A DNA stretch of 56,376 nt from a virus (lineage: Duplodnaviria; Caudoviricetes), in the IMG/VR virus record IMGVR_UViG_3300031227_000051, positions 1-56,376 of that record; one strand, given 5' to 3'. Positions 1 to 9,685 of the stretch are shown here, piece by piece. The notes below the pieces were generated by a model. The model ran no database searches. It was not told the DNA's origin and saw only the letters and a list, made by a program, of their open reading frames with translations. Numbering within the stretch: the first letter of the stretch is position 1; every line of letters begins with the position of its first letter. The translations under genes were made by a program, and so were the position numbers.

Positions 1-74
1 TAAAGAATCTTGAAAAGAAGTATGGTATTAAATTTGAAGCAGCCGGCGGTAATTTCACAAAGACTAATTACACA

Positions 75-329
75 ATGAAGTTATCAGCAAGCATTGTTGA
101 AAGTGGAAAAGTTCTTACAAGAGAATCAGAAGCATTTAAAAAGAATGCTCACCTTTATGGATTTAAATCTACTGATTTAGGGAGACAATTTCTCAAAAAT
201 AACACTATTTATAAGATTACTGGATTAAATACAAGAGGTCGTAAATTTAAAATTCTTGGAGAGAGAATGTTAGATGGTGTCGCTATGAAGTTTACCGTAG
301 ATAGTGTTCTTTCTGCTCTTAAGGGATAG
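75..329 (+). CDS. hypothetical protein (frame open to window start, probably 5'-truncated)
   Basis: ORF track; frame stays open upstream. Confidence 0.6.
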   Translation: MKLSASIVESGKVLTRESEAFKKNAHLYGFKSTDLGRQFLKNNTIYKITGLNTRGRKFKILGERMLDGVAMKFTVDSVLSALKG

Positions 330-335
330 AAGATT

Positions 336-548
336 ATGATTACGAAAAACTTTAACAAAGAAGAACTGCAACTTATTTCACGAGCAATTAATTGTTCTGG
401 GGATGGTGGACACCCATTCGCAGAACCATCTCAAAAATCAATACAGTATTTTAAAGAAGATTATATTAAGAAATGTTTAACGAGATCACTCTCAAAAATG
501 ACAGATGAAGGAAGATTGATTGCAAATAAAATTTTGCAAAAACAATAA
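336..548 (+). CDS. hypothetical protein
   Basis: ORF, tight packing. Confidence 0.6.
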   Translation: MITKNFNKEELQLISRAINCSGDGGHPFAEPSQKSIQYFKEDYIKKCLTRSLSKMTDEGRLIANKILQKQ

Positions 549-560
549 AAAAAGGAGTTT

Positions 561-947
561 ATGATGAAGAAAAGTTTAATTTTTATGCTAATTGTATTAA
601 TCGGTATGGTAATGTTAACTTCTGGATGTGCAAAGATGCGAAATGAAATGGCATCGGAAGGTGGGTTTTGGGGTTCCGTGACTGGAGGTGCGGAAGGTGA
701 CTATATAATTATATCACAATCAGGCGGATACATTATGGATGTGTGGAAGCTAAAGAATGTAATTGTTCAGAGTGCCTCTAGCTCTGATGGCTGGTTGTTT
801 CGTGATGATGATGGTAATGCAATTAATATTGGAGGAGATGTCAAAGTTATTAGAGTAAAAAATAAAGACTTTGAACAGTGGGACAAAATATATGAATATC
901 ATATGGAACTTGAATCTAAATCGTATCGAGATAAGTACTTTTATTAA
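561..947 (+). CDS. putative lipoprotein
   Basis: AGGAG RBS; basic N-terminus, hydrophobic stretch, lipobox-like LTSGC. Confidence 0.65.
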   Translation: MMKKSLIFMLIVLIGMVMLTSGCAKMRNEMASEGGFWGSVTGGAEGDYIIISQSGGYIMDVWKLKNVIVQSASSSDGWLFRDDDGNAINIGGDVKVIRVKNKDFEQWDKIYEYHMELESKSYRDKYFY

Positions 948-958
948 TACTTAAATTA

Positions 959-996
959 AAAAGAGCTAATAGAATTAATTTTTTATTAGCTCTTTT
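959..996 (+). terminator. intrinsic terminator-like hairpin
   Basis: AAGAGCTAATA...TATTAGCTCTT followed by T. Confidence 0.55.
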
Positions 997-1154
997 CCTG
1001 AAAAACATACTACTTTTTCAGCATTTTATTGAAAAAAATCGCCGCAAATCTATATGACAAAACAACTTACTTTGCGAAAAATTTATAATGGGATAAGATT
1101 TCTATCAAGCGGAACATTACAGAAATATAGCGAAAAATCCAAAAAATAAACTTC

Positions 1155-1205
1155 TTGACAAAATAAGATAAAAAGATATTATTGAATCATAAAGTGAAAG
1201 AGAGA
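1155..1205 (+). promoter_or_regulatory. sigma70-like early promoter module (type example of ~30 copies)
   Basis: TTGACA-AAATAAGATAAAAAGA-TATTAT-TGAATCATAAAGTGAAAG; near-identical copies at 36695, 37597 and 35269. Confidence 0.8.
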
Positions 1206-1236
1206 AAAAAGTAAAAAAACAAATAAAGGAGATAAA

Positions 1237-1623
1237 ATGATTGAGAAGAAATTTGACGAATATACGATTGAAGAATTAGAAAGCGAACTTGGGCGTCGTA
1301 GAGACATGGAAGAAATGGACAATGAGATTGAAAAATTAGAGAACGACAGACTTTCTCAAAATTTTGGGTTTACTGATGAACAGTGGCATATGTTGAATCA
1401 AGGTTATTCTGATATTAACTGGAGTGAGGCAAGTGTCAGACCTTGGTATATTATTTCCGAAAATGAGGACGAAGAGATATCGGGAATATCAGCAGTAACA
1501 ATAGAGGACGCCGAAGAAATGATAGACGAATTATATAGATCAAGTAAAAACATATTATTCATTCTGAAAGATGGGATGAAAGTTGATTTTTGCATAGAAT
1601 TAATTATTAATATAAGGAAGTAA
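1237..1623 (+). CDS. acidic hypothetical protein
   Basis: AAGGAG RBS after promoter. Confidence 0.7.
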   Translation: MIEKKFDEYTIEELESELGRRRDMEEMDNEIEKLENDRLSQNFGFTDEQWHMLNQGYSDINWSEASVRPWYIISENEDEEISGISAVTIEDAEEMIDELYRSSKNILFILKDGMKVDFCIELIINIRK

Positions 1624-1625
1624 TT

Positions 1626-1838
1626 ATGATCAATTCTAAAAGTAAAGAAATAAATTGGACGCCTTATTTAGCAACAGCTTATGCTGAGGGATTTTGTGAG
1701 GGAGCAGATGCGTCAAGAGAAGAGCAAATTCAGGCGTGGCAATATATTATTGATACAGGATTAGTATGGAAATTACAGGGTGGTTTCGGTAGAGCCGCTC
1801 AAGAGTTAATCAATTCAGGAATATGCGAGGAGAAATAA
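1626..1838 (+). CDS. hypothetical protein
   Basis: RBS; coupled to pncB. Confidence 0.65.
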   Translation: MINSKSKEINWTPYLATAYAEGFCEGADASREEQIQAWQYIIDTGLVWKLQGGFGRAAQELINSGICEEK

Positions 1839-1839
1839 A

Positions 1840-3027
1840 ATGAGTATAATTAAAAGTTTACTCGACACGGACGCTTATAAGTTCACGATGACGATGGCAG
1901 TTTTTCATACGCAATCAGAGGCAATAGTAAAATATGCGTTTAATTGTAGAAACAAAGGAATTAAATTAGGATTTTTAGAGTCAAAAGTAAATGTCGAACT
2001 GGATTCGTTATGCGAGCTAACATTTGCAAAGTCTGAACTTAAATCATTGCACAGCAAGATGCCTTATTTAAAGAGTGATTTTTTAGAGTTTTTACGATTA
2101 TTAAAGCTTAATCGTAAATATATTAATGTTCGTAATGTTGATGGAGATTTAAAGATATATATTGAAGGTCCCTGGATTTATACAATTTGGTTTGAAGTTC
2201 CTGTTTTGGCAATTGTTAATGAACTTTACTTTAAGTCATTAGGCTCGGACGCTAAGACTGTTGAACTGACTGGATTAGAAAGATTACACGAGAAATTAGA
2301 GAGAGCTATTTATGTTGATGATTTTACATTTGCCGATTTTGGAACACGTAGACGATATTCATTTGAATGGCACGACAAGGTGATTGCAGAGACATTAGAT
2401 TTTTTTAGAAATAATGGTAGAGCGGGAGAATTTTTCATCGGAACCTCAAATGTTTATATGGCAATTAAATATAACATCAAAGCAATTGGAACAATGGCAC
2501 ATGAATGGTTTCAGGGACATCAGCAGGCTCATGGAGTAAGTATATTTGATTTTCAAAAAGTAGCTCTTGAACGTTGGTCTCAAGAATATAGAGGACTACT
2601 TGGTATAGCATTGTCTGATATTATTGGATTTGATGCTTTTCTTAAAGATTTTGATTTACATTTTTCAAAACTATTTGATGGTTGTCGCCACGATAGTGGT
2701 GATCCGTTTGAGTGGTGTGAAAGATTAATTAATCACTATATATGCTTGAATATTGACCCTAAAACAAAAACTGCTATATTCTCAGATGGATTGGATTTTA
2801 CCAAAGCCATTAAACTATTTAGCGCATTCTATGGGAGAATCAAAGTGAGCTTTGGAATCGGAACCAATCTAACTAACGATCTTGGCTTACAACCATTACA
2901 AATTGTAATAAAAATGGTTGAGCAGAATGGAAGACCAACTGCTAAAATTTCAGACAGTCCTGGTAAGGGAATGTGTGAAAAGCCTTGGTTCGTAGATATG
3001 CTTAAAAATATATTTAAACTATATTAA
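1840..3027 (+). CDS. pncB: nicotinate phosphoribosyltransferase
   Basis: SLLDTDAYKFTM, DFGTRRR, GTMAHEW, RHDSGDP, FGIGTNLTND, AKISDSPGK motifs. Confidence 0.95.
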   Translation: MSIIKSLLDTDAYKFTMTMAVFHTQSEAIVKYAFNCRNKGIKLGFLESKVNVELDSLCELTFAKSELKSLHSKMPYLKSDFLEFLRLLKLNRKYINVRNVDGDLKIYIEGPWIYTIWFEVPVLAIVNELYFKSLGSDAKTVELTGLERLHEKLERAIYVDDFTFADFGTRRRYSFEWHDKVIAETLDFFRNNGRAGEFFIGTSNVYMAIKYNIKAIGTMAHEWFQGHQQAHGVSIFDFQKVALERWSQEYRGLLGIALSDIIGFDAFLKDFDLHFSKLFDGCRHDSGDPFEWCERLINHYICLNIDPKTKTAIFSDGLDFTKAIKLFSAFYGRIKVSFGIGTNLTNDLGLQPLQIVIKMVEQNGRPTAKISDSPGKGMCEKPWFVDMLKNIFKLY

Positions 3028-3069
3028 GAAGTTGATAATGAGATATGTAATTAGATATCGGGAGGAATT

Positions 3070-3435
3070 ATGAAAACTAATAAACAAGATTTTGTTGTAG
3101 CGGGAGAGAAAGATGACCAGTTTTATTTTTCGTTTGAGTTTCACGACAAGTATTTAAGTAGATTCTGCATGAGTGACTCAATTCATATACAGCAAGTTCT
3201 ATCAATTCTTATGAGAGATACCAAAATGAATCTACTTGTCAATTCTCTCAAGGATTTTGAAGTTATAGAATGGGATAGAGGGCAAGTCAGAGACGAAAGA
3301 GTCACATTCACCTGCAAGATTTGTGGCGTAAATCCTGTGATACATTGCGGAGTGTGTGTTGACCCAGAAGTCGGCACTGTTGATAAGATAATATTTATGA
3401 AATTTGAGGATGTTATAAATGATAATTTATTCTAA
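3070..3435 (+). CDS. hypothetical protein with CxxC pairs
   Basis: GGAGG RBS. Confidence 0.65.
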   Translation: MKTNKQDFVVAGEKDDQFYFSFEFHDKYLSRFCMSDSIHIQQVLSILMRDTKMNLLVNSLKDFEVIEWDRGQVRDERVTFTCKICGVNPVIHCGVCVDPEVGTVDKIIFMKFEDVINDNLF

Positions 3436-3564
3436 TTTGATATTAGTAAATTTAAAGTAATGAAAGCCTATAGTTATTTTAAACGTGACGATACTTACAT
3501 AGAATCAAAAGTACAAAAGAAGTAGTCATGAGACTGTATATTATCTCGAAGATAAGGAGAATAA

Positions 3565-3789
3565 ATGAGTGATAAATTAAAAATAATTTTAATGGAATAT
3601 ATCAATGCGTTAAATAAAATTCTTGAAGTGGAAAAGAAAACACAAAAAATTAAAATTACAAGAGAATGCAGAATATGTGGTGGACACGGAACGAACCCTG
3701 ACAAACCTCATGAGGTTTGTCGTACATGTAATGGTAAAGGAGAATTTACAGTTACAATAAATGTAAATAAAATAAAATTTATTAATTAA
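3565..3789 (+). CDS. DnaJ-type zinc-finger small protein
   Basis: CRICGGHG...CRTCNGKG (two CxxCxGxG). Confidence 0.7.
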   Translation: MSDKLKIILMEYINALNKILEVEKKTQKIKITRECRICGGHGTNPDKPHEVCRTCNGKGEFTVTINVNKIKFIN

Positions 3790-3799
3790 GGAATAAATT

Positions 3800-4258
3800 A
3801 TGAAAAAGAAAATAAGAGATATTACGGTTAATGATGTTGAATATAAATGGATGGTTAAAGATAAAGATGATAACTGAAGTCTTTATTTAACAGTATGGAT
3901 AGATAAGCAAAATAAGATCATTGATAATTTTCTACTTAAAGAGGGAGTAGCAACTCCAAGACTTGTTAAAGATATAATTGAATATTTTGTGCTCAATAAT
4001 GGTTCATTACCATTAATCAGCGAAAGTTATCAAAATTTAGCTGATATTAATCAGTATGCACAATTTAGTCATTTATCATATGGTGTAAAATTCAAGTATG
4101 ATTATTGTAGTTCAAAAATTTTTGTAAAAATTTCATCAAATACGATTGCTTTATGGGATAGTAACATGATTGATAAGACTTGGCTTGAGCAAGGTGTTTA
4201 TTCCTTTGATGATAATGATGATATAGAAAAATACGTTTGGATAGTAGAACAATGTTAA
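3800..4258 (+). CDS. hypothetical protein (one TGA read as Trp)
   Basis: AAGGA RBS + ATG 3800 in frame with track ORF 3989..4258 through one TGA. Confidence 0.7.
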
Positions 4259-4785
4259 AGTTAAATGAATTTAGAGATAGAGCACATAAAAATGGAGTCA
4301 AACTTGGTCATTGGGACGCTCTTTATAATGATAATGTAGAAGCATCATTTGTCTTAATGTTTCTGGAAGTAGATGCAATGTATATTCTCTTTAGTAAAGA
4401 ATCATTAGTTACGAGTGCCAGTAATAACATTCAAGATAATTTTAAACATAGACTTGCAGAGTTGATAATCAGAACATTAGATTTGTGTGGTGAATTAAAT
4501 ATAGATGTTGATAAAATAATGAAAAAATGCACAATTGAAATATTAACAACTGACCCGTTCGCCAATGCAAGAACAATGATGCAAAAGATACTCGTATTAC
4601 ATGATTTAATTACATTTGCAGTGACTGACGACACCGGTTCTCGCTCAGACAATGATAACTCAATGTATGACAGTGAGAGTATAGTTAGAATTTTAATTGC
4701 GACATTGGAACTAGCTAGATATTCAAATATTGATATGAAAAAATATTTAAAAAATGTGATTGAATATAAAGAAAAGGAAGAATAA
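4252..4785 (+). CDS. MazG/dUTPase-like all-alpha NTP pyrophosphatase-like protein (degenerate)
   Basis: LAELIIRTLDLCGELNID resembles the MazG-like helix motif; acidic catalytic residues poorly conserved. Confidence 0.4.
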   Translation: MLKLNEFRDRAHKNGVKLGHWDALYNDNVEASFVLMFLEVDAMYILFSKESLVTSASNNIQDNFKHRLAELIIRTLDLCGELNIDVDKIMKKCTIEILTTDPFANARTMMQKILVLHDLITFAVTDDTGSRSDNDNSMYDSESIVRILIATLELARYSNIDMKKYLKNVIEYKEKEE

Positions 4786-4786
4786 A

Positions 4787-5110
4787 ATGACAATACTTGA
4801 AAATTACAAAGAAGCTTTGCAAAATCTCTATGATCACGTTGGATTTGAAGAAAATTGGGTTGTATACCCAATAGATGATCTGACAGATATGTACTGATTT
4901 GTTAATAGAGAAGAGATATATTACTCAGAATGTATGGAAGATTTTAAAACAGGAAGATATTACTCAGGAACGATTTGCACACAAAGATTATACGAAAAAC
5001 ACATATATGAAGGCGAAGATTATACAATGATATTTCTTGATTATCATGTTGATGGAATGAAATATTTTGCTTTCTTTAGAAATAATAAAAAAATTGATGA
5101 TCCAAGATAA
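4787..5110 (+). CDS. hypothetical protein (one TGA=Trp; absent from ORF track)
   Basis: MTILENYKEA...DMY-TGA-FVNREE...DDPR*, 107 aa, fills gap between neighbours. Confidence 0.7.
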
Positions 5111-5128
5111 GATAAGGTAAAATAAAAT

Positions 5129-5419
5129 ATGATAAAACTTAAAATATCTGATTACTATACAATATATGGTAAATCATATAATGTGCGTACAAAATACACA
5201 TGGAATGTTAATTACGAGCATAACAATTTATTCATACCAGAAGAGTTCAATCAACTCTCACGAGTAGGTAGTGTAATTTTCGATATAGATGAAGAAATTT
5301 TATCAATTAAAGAACCTGGATTTGCAATGGATGATCATGCTTATGTTGAATTTAAATGTAAATCATTTAAAGAGGCAGAAGAGTTGATGAATAAATTTAT
5401 TATTATTAAAACAATTTAG
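5129..5419 (+). CDS. hypothetical protein with YTIYG motif
   Basis: ORF track. Confidence 0.65.
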   Translation: MIKLKISDYYTIYGKSYNVRTKYTWNVNYEHNNLFIPEEFNQLSRVGSVIFDIDEEILSIKEPGFAMDDHAYVEFKCKSFKEAEELMNKFIIIKTI

Positions 5420-5432
5420 AGTAAATTATATA

Positions 5433-5747
5433 ATGTATGTAAAAATTAAAACTTGGAAACAAATGGAAAAAGAATTTGGACTTGATCTGGATGGTGATAT
5501 TTGCTGTCGCTTCTCATTTACAAATGCGATGGAGAAGCTTGTGCCCAAAAATAGAACAATAGAAGTGGGAAAACGTAAAAATGATGGTCCTGAACTATAT
5601 TTTGAATGACATAATGGATTATATTATATAACAGAAAATATGATAGAATTTAAAGTGTATACAATATATATGGAGAATTATATAATGCTTGTTAAAATTA
5701 AAACTTGAGAACAAATAAAAGACAAATATATTGACAAAAAAGAATAA
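5433..5747 (+). CDS. MYVKIKTW-family small protein (paralog A; two TGA=Trp)
   Basis: MYVKIKTWKQMEKEFGLD..., paralogous to 6211. Confidence 0.7.
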
Positions 5748-5785
5748 AAAGATAATATTGAATTATAAAAAGAAAGGAGATTATT

Positions 5786-6202
5786 ATGAGAAATGACAAT
5801 TTAGCTTCTATTCCTATTCCTCCAGGAAATACTATTATTGAACAATTTGAAATGGATAGTATGAGCAAAGAAGAATCGGCTTTTGAACTTAATATTTCAT
5901 TAGAACATTTAAATGATATTATAGAAGGTAATTCGCCAATTACAGTTAAAATTGCTAAGAAATTAGAAACTTTATTGGGACTTCCAGCAATTTTTTGGTT
6001 AGGACTTGAAGAAAGTTATCAAAAAGCAATTAATGAGCAGAGTAATTATAATTTTACAATTCGTTGTGGTTGTGGATGTACTATCAGAAGTAATCATTTG
6101 TCCATTTTTTGCCCAGATTGCGGGGCAAATTATAATACAGTGGTAAATTTTTGTCCATCAAAGCAAGAAGATATAAAAAAGCAAAGATTAAATGATAAAT
6201 AG
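5786..6202 (+). CDS. HigA-like HTH protein with C-terminal Zn ribbon
   Basis: PPG start, HTH, ITVKIAKKLETLLG..FWLGLE; CGCG...CPDCG. Confidence 0.7.
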   Translation: MRNDNLASIPIPPGNTIIEQFEMDSMSKEESAFELNISLEHLNDIIEGNSPITVKIAKKLETLLGLPAIFWLGLEESYQKAINEQSNYNFTIRCGCGCTIRSNHLSIFCPDCGANYNTVVNFCPSKQEDIKKQRLNDK

Positions 6203-6210
6203 GCGATATA

Positions 6211-6507
6211 ATGTATGTTAAAATTAAAACTTGAAAACGAATGGAAAGAGAATTTGGTCTTGACAAAGACGGCGAAATTACATGTAAGGGAATATTTTTA
6301 AAAAAAATGGAAAAAGTTATGCCCGAAGATAGAATGATAGATATTCATAAGTATGGTAAACCTTATGATTTTGGATGACAGTCCGCTTCTGGATGTTGAG
6401 AAATATCTCGTGATATGATAGATTATGAAGTATTCAAAATTTACACAATATATGGAGAGCGATACAATATTGGTAAAAAATCTTGACAAAATAATGAAAA
6501 AAAATAA
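6211..6507 (+). CDS. MYVKIKTW-family small protein (paralog B; four TGA=Trp)
   Basis: MYVKIKT-TGA-KRMEREFGLD aligns with TGG in paralog A. Confidence 0.75.
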
Positions 6508-6540
6508 TAATGTGAATAAGATAAATAAAGGGAGAAAATA

Positions 6541-7143
6541 ATGAAAACATACTTCACCTCTGATTGTCATTTTCAGCATGCCAATATTATTCTGTATGCT
6601 AACAGAAATCGTTGGATTAAAAATGGTGATTTAAATAAAGCAGGAAAATGGATTAGTAGAGATATTGCTGATCAACGTGTCACTAAGATGGACTCCGCTC
6701 TTATAAAGGCTTTCAATCATAAGGCAAAAGAAGATGATATAGTTTATCATATTGGTGACTTTATTTTTAAGGGCGGAAGAGAAGCGAACGGTAAAACTAA
6801 TGCTCAAACATACGAAAATAAAATTAACGCAAAAGTTATTCATATTCTTGGCAATCATGATCGTAATAATTCTGTTAAGGGTGGCCTTGAAAATGGAATA
6901 ATAAAGTTTGCTAATAAGTTATTTTACTTAATTCATCGTCCACCAATAAGCATTGAAGAAATTCCCTACAATGTTAATGCAGTTCTTTGCGGACATGTTC
7001 ATAATAATTGGAAATATAAATTCATTAATGACATACCTATTATTAATATTGGAGTTGATGTGTGGAATTATAATTTAGTTTCTACTCAACAAATAGCAGT
7101 ATTTTATGACAAAATAATGAAAGAAAAAAAATCGCAAAAATAA
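6541..7143 (+). CDS. calcineurin-like metallophosphoesterase
   Basis: SDCH, HIGD, GNHD, H, GHVH, INIGVD motifs. Confidence 0.9.
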   Translation: MKTYFTSDCHFQHANIILYANRNRWIKNGDLNKAGKWISRDIADQRVTKMDSALIKAFNHKAKEDDIVYHIGDFIFKGGREANGKTNAQTYENKINAKVIHILGNHDRNNSVKGGLENGIIKFANKLFYLIHRPPISIEEIPYNVNAVLCGHVHNNWKYKFINDIPIINIGVDVWNYNLVSTQQIAVFYDKIMKEKKSQK

Positions 7144-7147
7144 TATT

Positions 7148-7346
7148 ATGAAAATCAAATATAAAATAGACGGTAGTGCAGGTTGTCTAACAGAATGTCC
7201 ATTTTTTCCTGGCGTGATGATTGGAAGTCTCACTTGTAAGGACTGTAAAATACAATCATCATTGTCACAATGATGATGATGATAAACAAGGATATGTTGA
7301 TTGTGTGCGTAAAACGTATAATATATATGGTGAAGAAATTAATTAA
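7148..7346 (+). pseudogene. Cys-rich small ORF with an apparent +1 frameshift, ending YNIYGEEIN
   Basis: Removing one A near 7250 gives a continuous Cys-rich protein; may be a sequencing error. Confidence 0.45.
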
Positions 7347-7360
7347 AAAGAGGAGAGAAT

Positions 7361-7666
7361 ATGAATAAAACACAAGAAGTTAGCATCCCATTATCAGAGT
7401 ATTTAGAATTAAAAGAGATTCAAGAGCATGCAAAAGAGGTAAAGATTACAGAGAAATACGAGACCAAAACTCCTGATGGCGAAGATGACTTTCTTGGAAC
7501 AAGTGTCTCTTGGAAATCCGACGGCAAATGTTGGCTACATCTTGCCAACAAACTCAGAAATGCTGGGTTAAAATATAAGGAATTACAACAAAAATATGAC
7601 AAATTAAGAAGCATGAGCGTAAAAGAATTTAAGATGTTCAGAAAAGAACTTGACAAGAAATGATAA
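7361..7666 (+). CDS. hypothetical protein
   Basis: GAGGAG RBS; ends TGA-TAA. Confidence 0.65.
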
Positions 7667-7777
7667 AAAAGAATTGTATTAGTAATACATTGACAGAGTA
7701 GATATCGAAATTTTTGATAAGTACTTCCGATCTCAAAACAAAATTCTACTCTATCAATTAAAAAATTTGGAGGTAAT

Positions 7778-8233
7778 ATGAATATTAAAGATTTAGAACA
7801 AGTATTTTTAATAGCTAGTTTTTCTAATAGAGAAGATAAAGGCCCACTTCGTGCTTGGATAGAAAAAGAAGATATAGAAAATAAAATTTACATTTTATAT
7901 ACAGAACAAGGCGAACATCTTGAGTTTACAGGATTTTCAGAACATATATTTAGAATGATGATAGTAAGAATGAAAGAATATGAGAGAATTGGTCAAGAAG
8001 GATTGATAAAAAAATGGGGTCATGCTTATGACGAACTTGAAAGATTACGTATAGAACGTGAATATTTAAGAAAAGATGAAATAGAAACTATAAAGTATTC
8101 ACATGATGATATAATTGATGATATTAGAAAACGCATTGAAGAAGTAAAAGATAATCCAGATAAGGCTCGTGAAGTTATTATGAATTGTGGTTTATATGAT
8201 AAGAATGGTAATCTAAAAGATCAGTACAAATAG
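7778..8233 (+). CDS. hypothetical protein
   Basis: GGAGG RBS. Confidence 0.7.
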   Translation: MNIKDLEQVFLIASFSNREDKGPLRAWIEKEDIENKIYILYTEQGEHLEFTGFSEHIFRMMIVRMKEYERIGQEGLIKKWGHAYDELERLRIEREYLRKDEIETIKYSHDDIIDDIRKRIEEVKDNPDKAREVIMNCGLYDKNGNLKDQYK

Positions 8234-8244
8234 AGGAGAGTAAT

Positions 8245-8523
8245 ATGATGATAGGATATCAAGTGAGCAAAAGATATGAAGATTTATGGCAAATAATTGG
8301 TGCTGGCGCTGAGGTAATCGCTTACATTAAATGTAACGAAGATAAAAGAAGTCATACGGGCGAAGTTTGCACTATGAAAATGGAAGGAAATTTTATGCAA
8401 GCACGTTCAGAAGAAACAATGTATTTCATGTATAATATGCAAGAAGGCAAGGAAAAATTTATAAATAAATGTCACGATTACAAAGTGGAATTTTTACCAC
8501 CAAGTATGGGCATTAATAAGTAA
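8245..8523 (+). CDS. hypothetical protein
   Basis: GAGGAG RBS. Confidence 0.7.
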   Translation: MMIGYQVSKRYEDLWQIIGAGAEVIAYIKCNEDKRSHTGEVCTMKMEGNFMQARSEETMYFMYNMQEGKEKFINKCHDYKVEFLPPSMGINK

Positions 8524-8726
8524 AAGTTCTTGACAAATTATCAGCAATAATTATAGTAGTTATATAGAGTGATAAAGAGATTTTGTAATGAATATTTAGC
8601 TCAATAAGTCGAGAGCCGTACTCAAGAAGAATTCAAAGATGTGGGTTGCAATCCCACGATATTCATTATTAACTATAAAGTTCTTGACAAATTATCAGCA
8701 ATAATTATAGTAGTTATATAGAGTGA
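8523..8726 (+). repeat. ~50-bp exact direct repeat containing the TTGACA promoter (8523-8571 and 8677-8725)
   Basis: AAAGTTCTTGACAAATTATCAGCAATAATTATAGTAGTTATATAGAGTGA twice, each upstream of a tRNA-like gene. Confidence 0.9.
8590..8665 (+). ncRNA. tRNA-like RNA without a paired anticodon arm
   Basis: GAATATT/GATATTC acceptor, GCTC/GAGC D arm, GTGGG/CCCAC T arm. Confidence 0.6.
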
Positions 8727-8735
8727 AATTAGTGA

Positions 8736-8829
8736 GCGAGAATGGCGAAATGGTTACGCATCCCTAAAAGGGGATAGATAGATTATAGACGTATAACTGA
8801 TGCAGGTTCGAATCCTGCTTCTCGCACCA
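8736..8829 (+). ncRNA. aberrant tRNA (Leu-like body, 6-nt anticodon loop, long extra arm)
   Basis: GCGAGAA/TTCTCGC-ACCA, canonical T arm, ATCCC-TAAAAG-GGGAT. Confidence 0.65.
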
Positions 8830-8836
8830 TAAGTAT

Positions 8837-8940
8837 AACGAGAAAGCTGTAATTAGAACAGTAATACATAATGTTAATCATAGTGCACAATGAGTTATGT
8901 ATTTCAGTGAAAGCTGATGGATGCAACGTCCTCTCTCGTT
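8837..8940 (+). ncRNA. enlarged cloverleaf RNA
   Basis: AACGAGA/TCTCGTT closing stem; GCTGT/ACAGT, AATACATAA/TTATGTATT, TCAG/CTGA and GGA/TCC arms. Confidence 0.5.
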
Positions 8941-9041
8941 ATATTTTAATTAATGAGTACACAAAACGAAATCAATGTATAGTCAAGTAGTTGCCGGCGA
9001 CGAAAAAGGCATGACATTAATCGTTTTATTCGACTCGTTAT

Positions 9042-9110
9042 AGAGAGGTATTGTAATGATAACATGAGGCAATCCCCTCGATGCAGGTTCGAATCCTACC
9101 CTCTCGCCCA
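9042..9110 (+). ncRNA. compact tRNA-like RNA
   Basis: GAGAGG/CCTCTC, GAGG-CAATCC-CCTC, GGTTCGAATCC. Confidence 0.55.
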
Positions 9111-9118
9111 AAATTAAG

Positions 9119-9275
9119 TAAGATAGAACAGGTATTCATTATCAAAATTTGTGCTCTGACGTGTAAGCGTACGATGAGAGAAGGTTTATCTATATCATGT
9201 ATGTCCTAACATAGACTTGGGTCTATCACGTGGAACTGAAGGACGAAAAAATAAATACAAGTCAGTTCTATCTTA
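9119..9275 (+). ncRNA. structured ncRNA candidate
   Basis: TAAGATAGAAC...GTTCTATCTTA 11-bp terminal stem; no ORF. Confidence 0.45.
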
Positions 9276-9276
9276 T

Positions 9277-9368
9277 AGCATTCATTGGGCACTTAGTTCA
9301 AGACGGTAGAACAATCTCTGATTAGAGATTAAATACGAGTTCGAGTCTCGTAGTGTCCTTTGAATGCT
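9277..9368 (+). ncRNA. tRNA-like RNA (GAT/GATT loop) with an extended acceptor helix
   Basis: GGGCACT/AGTGTCC core 9287-9358; AGCATTCA/TGAATGCT extra helix; no CCA. Confidence 0.65.
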
Positions 9369-9483
9369 TAAATTATTAAAAAAATGCTTAAAAAATGAAA
9401 AAAAAATGATTTTTATTTACCAAGCATATACTTATTAGAAAGAAACGGAAAGTCTCGAAAGAGAAGAAATAAGGAAAATTAGA

Positions 9484-9624
9484 ATGCGAAGAAATAAACA
9501 AAAATTTAGCGAACTCGAATCATTATCAATGTGTATGAATCCCTGTGGACCGATGGTCTATTTGAATCATAAACAAAAGATAGATGCGATTACAGGGACA
9601 AATGGGCTAATGGGATATATGTAA
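9484..9624 (+). CDS. Met-rich 46-aa putative leader peptide
   Basis: AAGGA RBS; 6 Met; 3' end complementary to the 5' arm of the downstream terminator. Confidence 0.45.
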   Translation: MRRNKQKFSELESLSMCMNPCGPMVYLNHKQKIDAITGTNGLMGYM

Positions 9625-9651
9625 GTTATATACAACAAAACTTCTCCATTA

Positions 9652-9685
9652 GACCCAAGAAATAAACCGCTTGGGTTTTTTATTT
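9652..9685 (+). terminator. intrinsic terminator
   Basis: ACCCAAG...CTTGGGT-TTTTTATTT. Confidence 0.7.
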
